NCBI GenBank assembly: GCA_025453415.1
Contig: JALOQL010000002.1
Location: forward strand, 1-43,433
Direction: 5' to 3'
DNA: 43,433 bases
DNA from: Minisyncoccota bacterium
Lineage (GTDB): Bacteria; Patescibacteriota; Minisyncoccia; Minisyncoccales; UBA5738
The number at the start of each line of letters is the position of its first letter. Positions within the stretch are counted from its first letter, which is position 1. Of the stretch, positions 17,919 to 27,785 are shown in pieces. A model generated the notes under the pieces. That model searched no databases and was not told where the DNA came from. It saw only the letters and a program-made list of their open reading frames with translations. The position numbers and the translations under genes were made by a program.

Positions 17919-19055
17919 CTATCTTAAAACTTCCCTTACGCTATGGATAACATGGTCTAAATCATTTCTTGACATCTTCGGATACAGCGGCAAAGAAACT
18001 TCCCTTTCGTAGACCCATTGGGCGTTGGGAAAATCTTCTTTTTTCAACCCGAAATTTTTCCGGTAATATGGCTGGAGATGCAAGGGAATGAAATGGACGC
18101 TGCATTGGACCCCGTTGGCGGACATTTTTTCAATGAACTCCGCCCGGTCGGCGTTTTCGAGCAAGATCGGATAAAGATGGTAAATATGTTTTCCGTATTC
18201 CATTTCCCGGGGAATGACTACTCCGCCGATTTTCGACAACTCTTGGTCGTATATTCCGGCATATTCCCTCCTGGTCCGGTTGAAACCGTCCAGCTTTTTA
18301 ATTTGGTGAATTCCCAAAGCCGCCTGAATATCCATCATATTATATTTCCAGCCGCATTCTTCGATCTCGTAATACCAATTGCCTTTCTTGGAATATCTTT
18401 TCCAGGCATCGCGGTTCATCCCGTGCAATTTCAAGACTTCGGCCTTCGCGGCGATGTCGGCGTCGTCGGTCGCGATCGCACCGCCTTCCCCGGTCGCCAA
18501 ATTCTTCGTCACGTAAAAACTGAAACAAGTGGCTTTGCCGATAGTCCCGATCTTTCTGCCTTTATATTCCGCGCCAATGGCATGCGCCGCGTCCTCGATG
18601 ACCGCCAATTTATATTCTCCGGCGATTTCCATAATTCGATCCATGTCGCAAGCTTGGCCGCCGTAATGGACGGGAATGATGGCTTTCGTTCTTATCGTGA
18701 TCGCCTTCCTTATTTTTTCCGGATCGATATTAAAAGAATCCCGATTGATATCCACGAAAACCGGCGTAGCGCCCACCTGAACGATCACGTTGGCTGTGGA
18801 AGCGAAGGTGAAAGTCGTAGTGATCACTTCATCGCCGGGGCCGATATTGAGCGCCAACAGGGAAAGATGCAGCGCCGCCGTGCACGAATTGACCGCGACG
18901 GCATATTTGGCGCCGACATATTCGGCGATCATTTTTTCGAATCTGACGGTCTTCGGGCCGGTCGTCAGCCAGCCGCTTTTCAGGGTATCGACCACCTCGT
19001 CAATCTCTTCTTGGCCGATCATTGGCTGGCAAAACGGGATGTATTTATTTTCCAT
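17919..19055 (-). CDS. DegT/DnrJ/EryC1/StrS sugar aminotransferase (ArnB/SpsC-like)
   Basis: SGWLTTGPK, NSCTAALH, EDAAHA, SFYVTKNLATGEGG, GWKYNMMDIQAA, SLPLYP. Confidence 0.94.
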   Translation of the reverse strand: MENKYIPFCQPMIGQEEIDEVVDTLKSGWLTTGPKTVRFEKMIAEYVGAKYAVAVNSCTAALHLSLLALNIGPGDEVITTTFTFASTANVIVQVGATPVFVDINRDSFNIDPEKIRKAITIRTKAIIPVHYGGQACDMDRIMEIAGEYKLAVIEDAAHAIGAEYKGRKIGTIGKATCFSFYVTKNLATGEGGAIATDDADIAAKAEVLKLHGMNRDAWKRYSKKGNWYYEIEECGWKYNMMDIQAALGIHQIKKLDGFNRTRREYAGIYDQELSKIGGVVIPREMEYGKHIYHLYPILLENADRAEFIEKMSANGVQCSVHFIPLHLQPYYRKNFGLKKEDFPNAQWVYEREVSLPLYPKMSRNDLDHVIHSVREVLR

Positions 19056-20142
19056 AAGAGTTGCTTGCCAGTTGGCGGTAAATATCTTCCATTTTATCCA
19101 ATTCTTTGCGAAAGTTGTACTTTTCCTCGATCAGTTCGCGGTTGGCCTGTTTCAGTTCGGTCCGGCTTTGGCTGTTCTTTATCAGAAAAACTATCTTTCG
19201 CGCAAGCTGGCGCCAGTCGCGCAACGGCACCACGAAACCGTTGCGGCCGCCATTCAAGATCTCGCGGTTTTCCCCCGCGTCGGTTACGACCGGCACCATC
19301 CCCGAAGACATTGCTTCGAGAAGGCTGACCGAGGTACTGTCCGAAAGCGACGTGGAAACGTAGATATCGGCCGTCCGCAGATAGCGCGGCAGATCATTCT
19401 GGGGAATCCAGCCGATAAAACGGATATGATGGGCGCATTCCAGCCAGGCCGCCATTTCTTTCAGCTTCCTTCCCTGCGATCCCCGGCCGGCCACGATGAA
19501 TTTGGCGTTGGGGACTTCCTTAATAACCTCGGGCACCGCCCTGATCAGCGTTTCCACGTCGTAGATCGGCTCCAGGCTCCGGATGCTTATCACGGATACC
19601 GAATCTTCAAGGCCCAGCTCTTCGACGATCGCGCCGTCTTTGGGCCCGGGCGTAAATTTTTCTGTATCCACGCCGAAATATATTATCTTGATCTTTTGGG
19701 AAGGCACTCCCAGATTAATCAGCTCTTTTTTAACCATCTCGGCGTCGCAGGTGATGACATCGGCCCTTTCCAAAACCGCTTTGATAACGGGCCTGAAAGC
19801 GGCAAGCTGGGCCGTGATCAGGATATCCGAACCCCAGGCGGTCAAAACGAACGGATGGAAACCGCTCAACGCACCGATGATGCCGTTGATTCCCGCGTAA
19901 TGGGCATGAAAAACATCGGGGGCGATACGGTTGATGGCCGCCTTGACCGGCGCAACGTTCAACGCGGCGTTGGCTTCCTTAACCGCAAAATTCCGGAAAA
20001 TTTTTATTTCGGTATTGGAAATGCTGCCAAAACGGTTGGGTGTCAGCGTCAGCCAGCTGACTTGATGCCCTTTGTCGGCAAAATATTTTATCCACCGGTA
20101 GCTATGGATCGAATCGGCGCCGGCCAGAAAGCATAATTTCAT
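19045..20142 (-). CDS. Glycosyltransferase family 4
   Basis: HAHY, AWGSD, FGVDTEKF, ADIYVSTSLSDSTSVSLLEAM. Confidence 0.92.
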   Translation of the reverse strand: MKLCFLAGADSIHSYRWIKYFADKGHQVSWLTLTPNRFGSISNTEIKIFRNFAVKEANAALNVAPVKAAINRIAPDVFHAHYAGINGIIGALSGFHPFVLTAWGSDILITAQLAAFRPVIKAVLERADVITCDAEMVKKELINLGVPSQKIKIIYFGVDTEKFTPGPKDGAIVEELGLEDSVSVISIRSLEPIYDVETLIRAVPEVIKEVPNAKFIVAGRGSQGRKLKEMAAWLECAHHIRFIGWIPQNDLPRYLRTADIYVSTSLSDSTSVSLLEAMSSGMVPVVTDAGENREILNGGRNGFVVPLRDWRQLARKIVFLIKNSQSRTELKQANRELIEEKYNFRKELDKMEDIYRQLASNSYGK

Positions 20143-21455
20143 AATTTTTTATATCTCAATGCCGCCGAAAGAAAATTGCGGTAAAATTTGAAATCCTCTT
20201 TTTGTAAAAATAATACCGATCCGGCGCGATTGCCCGAAATATTTCCATAGACAAACACTGTCGCCGCAAACACAAGAAAATACGAGATCGATGTCGCCCA
20301 GGCGGCGCCCGAAATTCCAAATTTCGGGATAAATATAATATTGAGGAATACGTTTACCAGCAAAGAAACCCCGATAATGTAAGTATTGACCATGGGTTTT
20401 CCCCGGGCGGCGATATCATTGGCCAATATCCGCCATCCGGAAATGAACACGTTGCCAATCAATAAAATCTGCAGGGAATAAACAGCTTCGATGAATTCCT
20501 CCGAATAGAAAAACACCACCAGCCATCGGCTCAACAAGAAAACGGCCAAAGCGAGAAGGAAGGTCACGTAAAAAATGTTCCGGCAAACAAACGGAGTGAA
20601 TTTTTTCAGCCTATCGGCATCGGTTTCGGCCGCCACCCGGGGAAGAAGCACGGTTCCGGCCGAGGTCGATAAAAGCCAAGTGCCTTCGGCGATCCTGGTT
20701 GCGGCATAATAGATTCCGGTCGCGGCCGGATTCATAAAAAAATTGATCAGGAAAAGATCGGCCCGATAATGCAGGAAATTAAAAACACTGGCCAGCCATG
20801 ATTTCAATCCATAAAGCGCGGCATCATTAAAATACTTGCGGCTGAATTTTGCCGAAGGCCGCCCGATCTCGCCGACAACCATCAAAAACAGGAAACCGCC
20901 CGCAATTGCAAAAGAAACGGTCTGCGCCACAATCGCCGCGCCGATCCGGTATTTTGCGCCCAGCAACAACAAAACCGCCAGCGCCAAAAATAAAAGCGGC
21001 TGGAGCAGAGTAACGGCGTTATATTTACCGATCCTTTGCAATCCGAGCAGAATGCTGCTGGCAATATCGAAAAATATATAAAAAGGCAGCAGCAATAGCG
21101 CCAGGTAAAGGTAATAAGGCTCGACGCCGGGGAACAGCGCGCTTCCCCAAAAATGGACCGTGGCCGCGCCGCCCGCCAGCGTCACGACACCGATCGTAAC
21201 CGCCAACAAAATGCTTGAACCGAACACAACCTTCGCGGGATACTCCTTTCTGCCGACATGAAATACCGCCGCCATGCCCAGGCCAAAATTGGACAACACC
21301 AGGATTAATCCCGGCAGAAGCGTTGCCAGGGAATATATCCCTTGCCCTTGGGGACCCAGCGCCCGGGCAATAACCACGGTCGCAAGCATGCCCAAAACGA
21401 TCGTCATGATGCGGGTGATTAAAGTGGTCGTGGTATTTTTCAGAAATTCCGCCAT
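20139..21455 (-). CDS. wzx: Wzx-type oligosaccharide flippase (MOP family)
   Basis: ARALGPQGQGIY, many TMs, RADLFLINFF, GIYYAA, IPKFGISGAAWATSIS; start ATG 21455 or TTG 21470. Confidence 0.9.
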   Translation of the reverse strand: MAEFLKNTTTTLITRIMTIVLGMLATVVIARALGPQGQGIYSLATLLPGLILVLSNFGLGMAAVFHVGRKEYPAKVVFGSSILLAVTIGVVTLAGGAATVHFWGSALFPGVEPYYLYLALLLLPFYIFFDIASSILLGLQRIGKYNAVTLLQPLLFLALAVLLLLGAKYRIGAAIVAQTVSFAIAGGFLFLMVVGEIGRPSAKFSRKYFNDAALYGLKSWLASVFNFLHYRADLFLINFFMNPAATGIYYAATRIAEGTWLLSTSAGTVLLPRVAAETDADRLKKFTPFVCRNIFYVTFLLALAVFLLSRWLVVFFYSEEFIEAVYSLQILLIGNVFISGWRILANDIAARGKPMVNTYIIGVSLLVNVFLNIIFIPKFGISGAAWATSISYFLVFAATVFVYGNISGNRAGSVLFLQKEDFKFYRNFLSAALRYKKL

Positions 21456-21466
21456 TTTAATTTCGA

Positions 21467-22396
21467 TCAATTATCCAAACTCATAAAATATCCGGCTGTC
21501 CTGCCGATGCCCTCCTCGATGCCAACCTTAGGTTCCCATCCCAGCTCGATCCTGATCTTGGATGAGTCAAGGCAGCTGCGCTTCTGTTCTCCCGCCAGCG
21601 CGGCGCCGTATTTTTTGTCGCATGGTTTGCCGCAAGCCTTCGCGACGAGCTCGAATATCCGGTTGATGTCGGTTTCGATGCCGGTACCGACGTTATAAAC
21701 TCCGTCGCCCCGGCGCGCCGCCAGCAAAAGCGCGGCAACGACGTCTTCAACATAAATGAAGTCCCGCGTCTGCCGGCCGTCGCCGCTGATCGCCGGCCCT
21801 ATGCCCGCCAGCATCCGGTTGCAAAAAAACGCTACCACGCCCGCTTCTGCATGGTAATTTTGGCGCGGACCGTAAACATTTGGCGGCCGCATGATCACTC
21901 GCGAAAGACTCCCCGTCTGATGGTAATAATTAAGATATTTTTCCACCGCCAGCTTGGCCACGCCATAGGGCGATACCGGCGCCGGATCGCAATTTTCCGA
22001 AGTCGGTATCGTGGCCGCATCGCCATATATCGCGCCGCCGGTGGACATGAATATGAATTTGGATTGCGGCGACGGCCGCCAACGTAAAAAATTTTCGATC
22101 ACATTCAGCGACCCCAGGATATTTATGCGGGCGTCGGTAATCGGGTCTTTCACCGATCGCCGGACATTGATATGCGCCGCAAGATGAAAAACCATATCCG
22201 GCCTTTCCTTTTCAAATATGCCGCCAATTTCCTCGCCGCAAATGTCGGCCTGATAGAACCGGCTGGCTTTATTGATATTTTTTTCCTCGCCCGTCGAAAG
22301 GTCATCGATCACCGCCGTATCAAAGCCTTCATTTACCAATTTGTCGGTCAGGTGGCTGCCGATAAAACCGGCGCCGCCGGTAATGATGCATTTCAT
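21467..22396 (-). CDS. NAD-dependent NDP-sugar epimerase/dehydratase (GalE-like extended SDR)
   Basis: TGGAGFIGSH, STGGAIYG, YGVAK (YxxxK), NVYGPRQ, RDFIYVED; ATG 22396 overlaps the upstream stop (ATGA). Confidence 0.92.
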   Translation of the reverse strand: MKCIITGGAGFIGSHLTDKLVNEGFDTAVIDDLSTGEEKNINKASRFYQADICGEEIGGIFEKERPDMVFHLAAHINVRRSVKDPITDARINILGSLNVIENFLRWRPSPQSKFIFMSTGGAIYGDAATIPTSENCDPAPVSPYGVAKLAVEKYLNYYHQTGSLSRVIMRPPNVYGPRQNYHAEAGVVAFFCNRMLAGIGPAISGDGRQTRDFIYVEDVVAALLLAARRGDGVYNVGTGIETDINRIFELVAKACGKPCDKKYGAALAGEQKRSCLDSSKIRIELGWEPKVGIEEGIGRTAGYFMSLDN

Positions 22397-23604
22397 TGTT
22401 TTTCCCGCGCCGTTATCAGCTTCATCAGCTGCGCCGCGTTTTTTCGGGAATTGAACTCGCAATCGACCTTGGCCATACCCGCTTTCCGGATGGTCTCAAT
22501 ATCGATCTTCCCGTCAATTATGTCGCCAATAGTCCGGCCAAGCGCCGCCGCATCCTTTTCGGGCACGATAATCCCGGCGCCGCCGCCCAGCAATTCGGCA
22601 ATCCCGCCGGTATTGGTGGAAACGGCCAACACGCCATAGGCCATCGCCTCCATGAGCGAAACCGGAATCCCCTCGTGGCTCCCGTCGTTGGTATTGATGC
22701 TCGGGAGAATGATCACGTCGGCTTGGCCTTTTTCGTAAATTTCCATGATCGAATTGTGGGGAGCGGCGCCGCAAAACTCAATGCAATCCCGTAATCCCCT
22801 CAATTTTACCTGCCGCACCAACTTTTGCTTCAAATGACCGTCGCCGAAAAACCGGCATTTTATCCTCTCCCTCTTTTGCGGATCCAGCCGGCCGATGGCG
22901 TCGATCAGGTACCGGTGGCCCTTAACGTCGATAAGGTTGGCCGGCACCACGATTGCCAGCCGGCCGCCCCGATTCGCAATAGGCGGCAAGGTTTCAGGAA
23001 TGCTCACTCCCATATGGATCATCTTCAGCCGGCCTTCGAATTCGTTGCCGATGATCTTGCTCAAACCGCCCTTTCCCAGCTGCGAAATGCACCGCACGAA
23101 CGCCGCCGACCGGACTTTCTGGCGCAAAATATTATTCTCGGTGATATCCCACCGGTGAAGCGTGAAACTCCAGGGTATCCCGGTCATTTTCGAAATTACA
23201 AACGCCATCGTGGCCGTCGTTGTCCCCCAATGGGCGTGAATATGGCCCACATCCATCTTCCGGATTGTCCGCGCGACAAAGACCGCTTTGGGAAAGACTG
23301 CCAGGTTCTTCATCGCGATCACCAGATTGCGCGACGAGGCCACGATCGTAACGATCGTGTCCCAAAGAATCCGGTGCGAAAACAACATCTTGATAAAGTA
23401 AACCATCATTTGCCCGCTTATCAGCGGGGTCCAGATCGCGTTCTTGATGAGGTAACGGCCTTCCTTATGGAAAATATCCTCGGGCGGGTTGCGGGCGATT
23501 ATCAAAAAATCACCGCCCAAACGCTGGATGTCCAGCATCTCTTCGAAAATGAAGGCTTCGCCCTTGCCCCAGGGGGTTTGCGCGGTGATAAAAATCGTTT
23601 TCAT
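22393..23604 (-). CDS. Glycosyltransferase family 4 (WcaL-like)
   Basis: HIHAHWG, KGHRYLI, EGIPVSLMEAMA. Confidence 0.9.
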   Translation of the reverse strand: MKTIFITAQTPWGKGEAFIFEEMLDIQRLGGDFLIIARNPPEDIFHKEGRYLIKNAIWTPLISGQMMVYFIKMLFSHRILWDTIVTIVASSRNLVIAMKNLAVFPKAVFVARTIRKMDVGHIHAHWGTTTATMAFVISKMTGIPWSFTLHRWDITENNILRQKVRSAAFVRCISQLGKGGLSKIIGNEFEGRLKMIHMGVSIPETLPPIANRGGRLAIVVPANLIDVKGHRYLIDAIGRLDPQKRERIKCRFFGDGHLKQKLVRQVKLRGLRDCIEFCGAAPHNSIMEIYEKGQADVIILPSINTNDGSHEGIPVSLMEAMAYGVLAVSTNTGGIAELLGGGAGIIVPEKDAAALGRTIGDIIDGKIDIETIRKAGMAKVDCEFNSRKNAAQLMKLITAREKQ

Positions 23605-25940
23605 CGCTTTTTATGGAATTCTTCGGCCGCCCGGCGCAAACAATCCCGCGTTTCCCGCGCCGCCCGCTCCCAGGAATAACGCTCGCAGGCCAGCCGGCGG
23701 CCGGCCCGTCCCATCGCTTCCAAATCTTTTTCCCTGGCAAAGATATCCTCGATTCTACTTGCCAAACTCTGCGCATCGCCCGCCCGGAAAACAAAACCGC
23801 AGCCGCTCTCTTCAATGGGTTCGGCAATCCCCCGCACCCCGCCCGCGAGCACCGGCAAACCGCAAGCCAGGTAATCGTAAAGCTTTAAAGGCGAAAAACC
23901 GTACCCAAGATCAAGTTTTGACCGCGAAATATAGCCGATGTCGAAAGAATTCAGATATTGCGGCAATTCTTCATAATCGACCCAGTCTCTGAAAATAAAT
24001 TCCTTTCCCAAACGCAGATCCTTCACCAATTTTTCCAAACTTGCCCGGCATTCGCCGCCGCCCACCAAAAGATAACGCACCGAACCGATGCCCCGGCTTT
24101 TGAGCCGCGCGGCCGCCTCGACCAATGTTTCCAGATCCTGCCATAAACCAATGGACCCGGCAAAACCGACGTAAAAAAAACCTTCGGCAAGGCCAATCCC
24201 GCGGCGACACGCCTGTTTGTCGAGCGGCCGGTAAATCCCGGTGTCGGTCCCGTTGGAGATCACTCTGACCGTATCTTCCCTTAATTTGAACCTTTTGACA
24301 AGCCGGTCTTTGATGCCGGCGGTGACGCAAATCACCTGCGCCGCCAGGCGGTAATTCACGCGCTCGGAAAACCCGAAAACCGCCAAAAGCCAGCCGGGAT
24401 AGCCGGCAAGCCGCAGTTCGTCATCGATCATGCCGTTGACCTCGACCACATAAGGCACGCCAAATATCCAACACCAAAGAGGTACGGCCAGATCAAACCT
24501 TTCCTTGCGGTTGTAGACCGCGTCGGGCCTAAACTTCACCAAAAGATAAGGCAGGTATAAAAACCGCATCAGCTCCGCGTAAAGGTAAGATTTAAATGAC
24601 CCTGGCTTAACCGGAATTTCCACGGTCCTCAAAGAAAATTTGCCGCCGGCCTTCGCGCCCCTTGCCACCTCATGGCGCGGCACCAGCAACAACAGATCGT
24701 CGCCCAGCGCCATAAGGTTTTTGGCGATTTGCGCGAAATGCCTTTTTTCCAAGACCGGGTCGATGCTTGGCGAAGTATAAATTATCTTCATGTCTTTGAA
24801 GGCGGGTTGAGCGCTCCGCCCCCCCATCCTTTGCGTCAGCAACGAAATCGCGCGGCGATAATATTCCAGGTCGGATTTTTGGACGAAAATGACTTCGAAA
24901 ACCCGGTTCCCCGATATCCGGCAATAAACCGCCACCATGACCGAAAAAAGGACCAGGCAGGAGATGGAAAACGACCATGCCGCCCCGTCCACGCCAAACC
25001 GAGGGATCAGGACCAACGACAACACCACGCTCGTAACCAGGGAAAGAATATTGATATAGGCATTGATCATGGGCTTGCCGCGGCCGGCAAAATCATTGCC
25101 CAGCGCAATTAGGCCGCTGGTGGCGACAATACCGATCAGGGAAATGTTCAGCGGCGAGACCGCGCCCAGGAAAGCAGTCGAATAAAGGAATAAGACTATG
25201 AAATGGCTGAAAATGTAAATCCCGGCGGCGGCAACTACGGACAAAAAAAGCACATTCCGCGAAACCAGCGGCGTTATCCGCTTCAGTTTTTCCGGATCGG
25301 TTTCGCAGGCGACCCGGGGAAAAAGCACCAAACCGGTCGACTGGGCGATGAGCCAGATCTTTTCCGAGATCCCTCGCGCGACCGAGTACAATCCGACCGC
25401 CGCCGGCGACAGGAAAAAATTTATTAAAAAAACATCGTTGCGCTGGCGCAAAAATGAAAAAAGCGACCCCAGGTAAATTTTACCCCCGTAAACAAGCATG
25501 TCCCTGGCATATGAACCGTTGAATGCGAACGAAAAGCCGCCGGCCGCCCGCTTGCTCCAAACCCAAAGCAAAAAAAATACCGCGACATAAGATAAATATT
25601 CCGGGCCGATATTGGGGAAAAGCCGCCCGCCGAACAATACCACCGCGGCGGCACCCGCCGCCAATGCCAGCAAGGAAACCAAAAAGGAAAGAATGACGGT
25701 ATTTCCCAAAGCCTGCGCCGGAAGATATTTTTTCCGGCCGATATTGTAGATAGCGGCCGAACCGATGCCCGGGTTGGCAAATGTCGCCAAAAGCGACGCG
25801 AAAAGCGCCGCCATGGCATAAATACCTTTTCCTTCGGGATCAAGCGCCCGCGCCACGATCACCGACGAAACCAACGTCAGGAAAAAACCGGCGATATTGG
25901 CGGCGAAAGTAAAAATCGTATCTTTCAGGAATTTTCCCAT
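23601..25940 (-). CDS. Fused Wzx-like flippase (internally deleted) plus GT4 glycosyltransferase
   Basis: N-half aligns with the 20139 flippase (ARALDPEGKGIY, RNDVFLINFF, IPRFGVDGAAW); C-half from MKIIY (ATG 24791) has SNGTD, FAGSIGLWQ, SPLKLYDYLACG. Confidence 0.85.
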   Translation of the reverse strand: MGKFLKDTIFTFAANIAGFFLTLVSSVIVARALDPEGKGIYAMAALFASLLATFANPGIGSAAIYNIGRKKYLPAQALGNTVILSFLVSLLALAAGAAAVVLFGGRLFPNIGPEYLSYVAVFFLLWVWSKRAAGGFSFAFNGSYARDMLVYGGKIYLGSLFSFLRQRNDVFLINFFLSPAAVGLYSVARGISEKIWLIAQSTGLVLFPRVACETDPEKLKRITPLVSRNVLFLSVVAAAGIYIFSHFIVLFLYSTAFLGAVSPLNISLIGIVATSGLIALGNDFAGRGKPMINAYINILSLVTSVVLSLVLIPRFGVDGAAWSFSISCLVLFSVMVAVYCRISGNRVFEVIFVQKSDLEYYRRAISLLTQRMGGRSAQPAFKDMKIIYTSPSIDPVLEKRHFAQIAKNLMALGDDLLLLVPRHEVARGAKAGGKFSLRTVEIPVKPGSFKSYLYAELMRFLYLPYLLVKFRPDAVYNRKERFDLAVPLWCWIFGVPYVVEVNGMIDDELRLAGYPGWLLAVFGFSERVNYRLAAQVICVTAGIKDRLVKRFKLREDTVRVISNGTDTGIYRPLDKQACRRGIGLAEGFFYVGFAGSIGLWQDLETLVEAAARLKSRGIGSVRYLLVGGGECRASLEKLVKDLRLGKEFIFRDWVDYEELPQYLNSFDIGYISRSKLDLGYGFSPLKLYDYLACGLPVLAGGVRGIAEPIEESGCGFVFRAGDAQSLASRIEDIFAREKDLEAMGRAGRRLACERYSWERAARETRDCLRRAAEEFHKKR

Positions 25941-25951
25941 CTCCTGTTTGA

Positions 25952-27772
25952 TTAGTTATCCGGAAAAAAACGCCTTAAGAAAAGTTCGAAGGTTGCGATA
26001 TACATTATCTTCATTGAATTATCCCTTTGCCCGGAATATTGCTGGTCAAAAAGCTTGGCAATATATCTTTTACTAAGATAGCGTTGCGATAAAAGATTTC
26101 TTTCATCCGACAAAAGTTTCCCGAAGAATTCCCGCCATGAGCCTTCTTTGGCAAACCATTTTTCAAAATCGACATAATTGCGCTTTGTCCAAAAAGCAAC
26201 CTTTCCGGCGGTCGCTTGCCGCACAATTTGCCGGACCGTATCCAGCCGGCTCCGAAAATTGGCGCCTGCCTGCCACAGCCATCGCGGCGCGTCGGCGCGC
26301 ACGCCGGTGGAATTATATGGTATGGCAGCCAGCTTGGGAAAACGCTTCGCCAGCAATCGGCGGTAAATGCGATGCTGGCTTCTCATGCCAGGCGGCAACG
26401 CCATTATGACATCAATAAAACCATTGTCCATCGCCGGTGAAGAGTGTTCGACCTGCGACCGCATCAGGCGGTAGCCTTCCATCGTGAACCGCCTCACGTG
26501 ATTATCCAAGAAAAATTTATCGATATGGTTGGCTAAATCTTCGCAAGAAGACGCGGCAAAACTCTCCTCCAGGGAAAACCGCGGCCATTCTTGGGATTTA
26601 TCGTAAAAACCGGCGTTAAAAAGCTCTCCCCTCTCTTCATGGGAAAAGAGCGCCGTTTGGTATATCGCTTCTTTCAATCGTTCCCGGTCATGGACATGAG
26701 AGAACTTGTCCAAATAGCTGCCTCCCAAAGTCAGGTCAAGCGCAAAACCATCAAATACGACCTCGGCATCGCGCGCCGCCAATTTATGGATAGGCGGAAT
26801 ATACCCCACGCCAATATAATCCATGCCTTCAGTTATTTCCACTGCCTCGGACGCGCCCTGGGTAATTATTTGCGGCTCAATATCAAAGCAATTCCAGGGC
26901 AGATTTAAACGATTGGCCACCTTTTGGGCAATCCGGACTTCTTCGCAATCGGCGCCGCCAAAAGAAAACGCCCGGAAGTTACCCCTGGCATCCGCCGGAA
27001 TAAGGCCGGCCACCAAACGCGAATCCAGGCCACCGCTCAGTGATACCGAGCCAGTCCGGGAAGGTCGCGTCCGTAAGACCATCGCCCGATCAAGCGTCTG
27101 CGCCAATTCGTCAACGAATCGCGCCTCGCTTTTTACATTGTCGGGCGAATATGGAAAATCCCAATACCGATCAAAATCCGCCTTCCCGCCTTGAAAAGAG
27201 AATATCGTCCCGGCCGGAAAAGCGCGCACGCCTCCGAAAAATGTCTTATCGCCCAATAACTTTCCGAAAGCAAACCAATCCGCGACCGCGGCCTCATCTA
27301 GTCGCGGCGCACCTCCGGCCCGTGCCACCGCCGCGGCGGACGGGGCAAGCATAAAATAATTTGAATCTATCGCGAAGAAATGCGGCCGGGAACCAAAACG
27401 GTCGCTGGCAACCAATGTCTTTCTTTGATTAAAATCGTGGATACAGATAATAAATGAACCGTTTAAGCGGTGAATAAAATCCACGCCTTCTTTCTCGTAA
27501 AGACCAAGGCACAACTTGGCATCATTTCCGCTCTCCGCGGTTCCATACAGTTCACCGTCAAGCATGACCGCCACGCTCCGGTCATGGTTAAAAACCGGCT
27601 GCGGCCCAGGATTGAATGTTCCTAAATGAAGGCGAGCTCCGCAAAATGAAGCATGGCAAAAACGGTCGGTTTGGAAATGGCCGCGACCCATTGCTGCGGA
27701 AATCATTTTTTCCAGCAATGCTCCATCGATGGCAATATTTGACGATGGCGCAACACAGATCAATCCAGGCAT
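25952..27772 (-). CDS. AsnB-like ATP-dependent amide ligase (asparagine-synthetase fold) lacking the N-terminal catalytic Cys
   Basis: Likely start ATG 27772 (MPGLICV); DGELY, LNGSF, SDRFGSRP and PP-loop SLSGGLDSR. Confidence 0.85.
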   Translation of the reverse strand: MPGLICVAPSSNIAIDGALLEKMISAAMGRGHFQTDRFCHASFCGARLHLGTFNPGPQPVFNHDRSVAVMLDGELYGTAESGNDAKLCLGLYEKEGVDFIHRLNGSFIICIHDFNQRKTLVASDRFGSRPHFFAIDSNYFMLAPSAAAVARAGGAPRLDEAAVADWFAFGKLLGDKTFFGGVRAFPAGTIFSFQGGKADFDRYWDFPYSPDNVKSEARFVDELAQTLDRAMVLRTRPSRTGSVSLSGGLDSRLVAGLIPADARGNFRAFSFGGADCEEVRIAQKVANRLNLPWNCFDIEPQIITQGASEAVEITEGMDYIGVGYIPPIHKLAARDAEVVFDGFALDLTLGGSYLDKFSHVHDRERLKEAIYQTALFSHEERGELFNAGFYDKSQEWPRFSLEESFAASSCEDLANHIDKFFLDNHVRRFTMEGYRLMRSQVEHSSPAMDNGFIDVIMALPPGMRSQHRIYRRLLAKRFPKLAAIPYNSTGVRADAPRWLWQAGANFRSRLDTVRQIVRQATAGKVAFWTKRNYVDFEKWFAKEGSWREFFGKLLSDERNLLSQRYLSKRYIAKLFDQQYSGQRDNSMKIMYIATFELFLRRFFPDN

Positions 27773-27785
27773 ATTTTTTTGGCAA

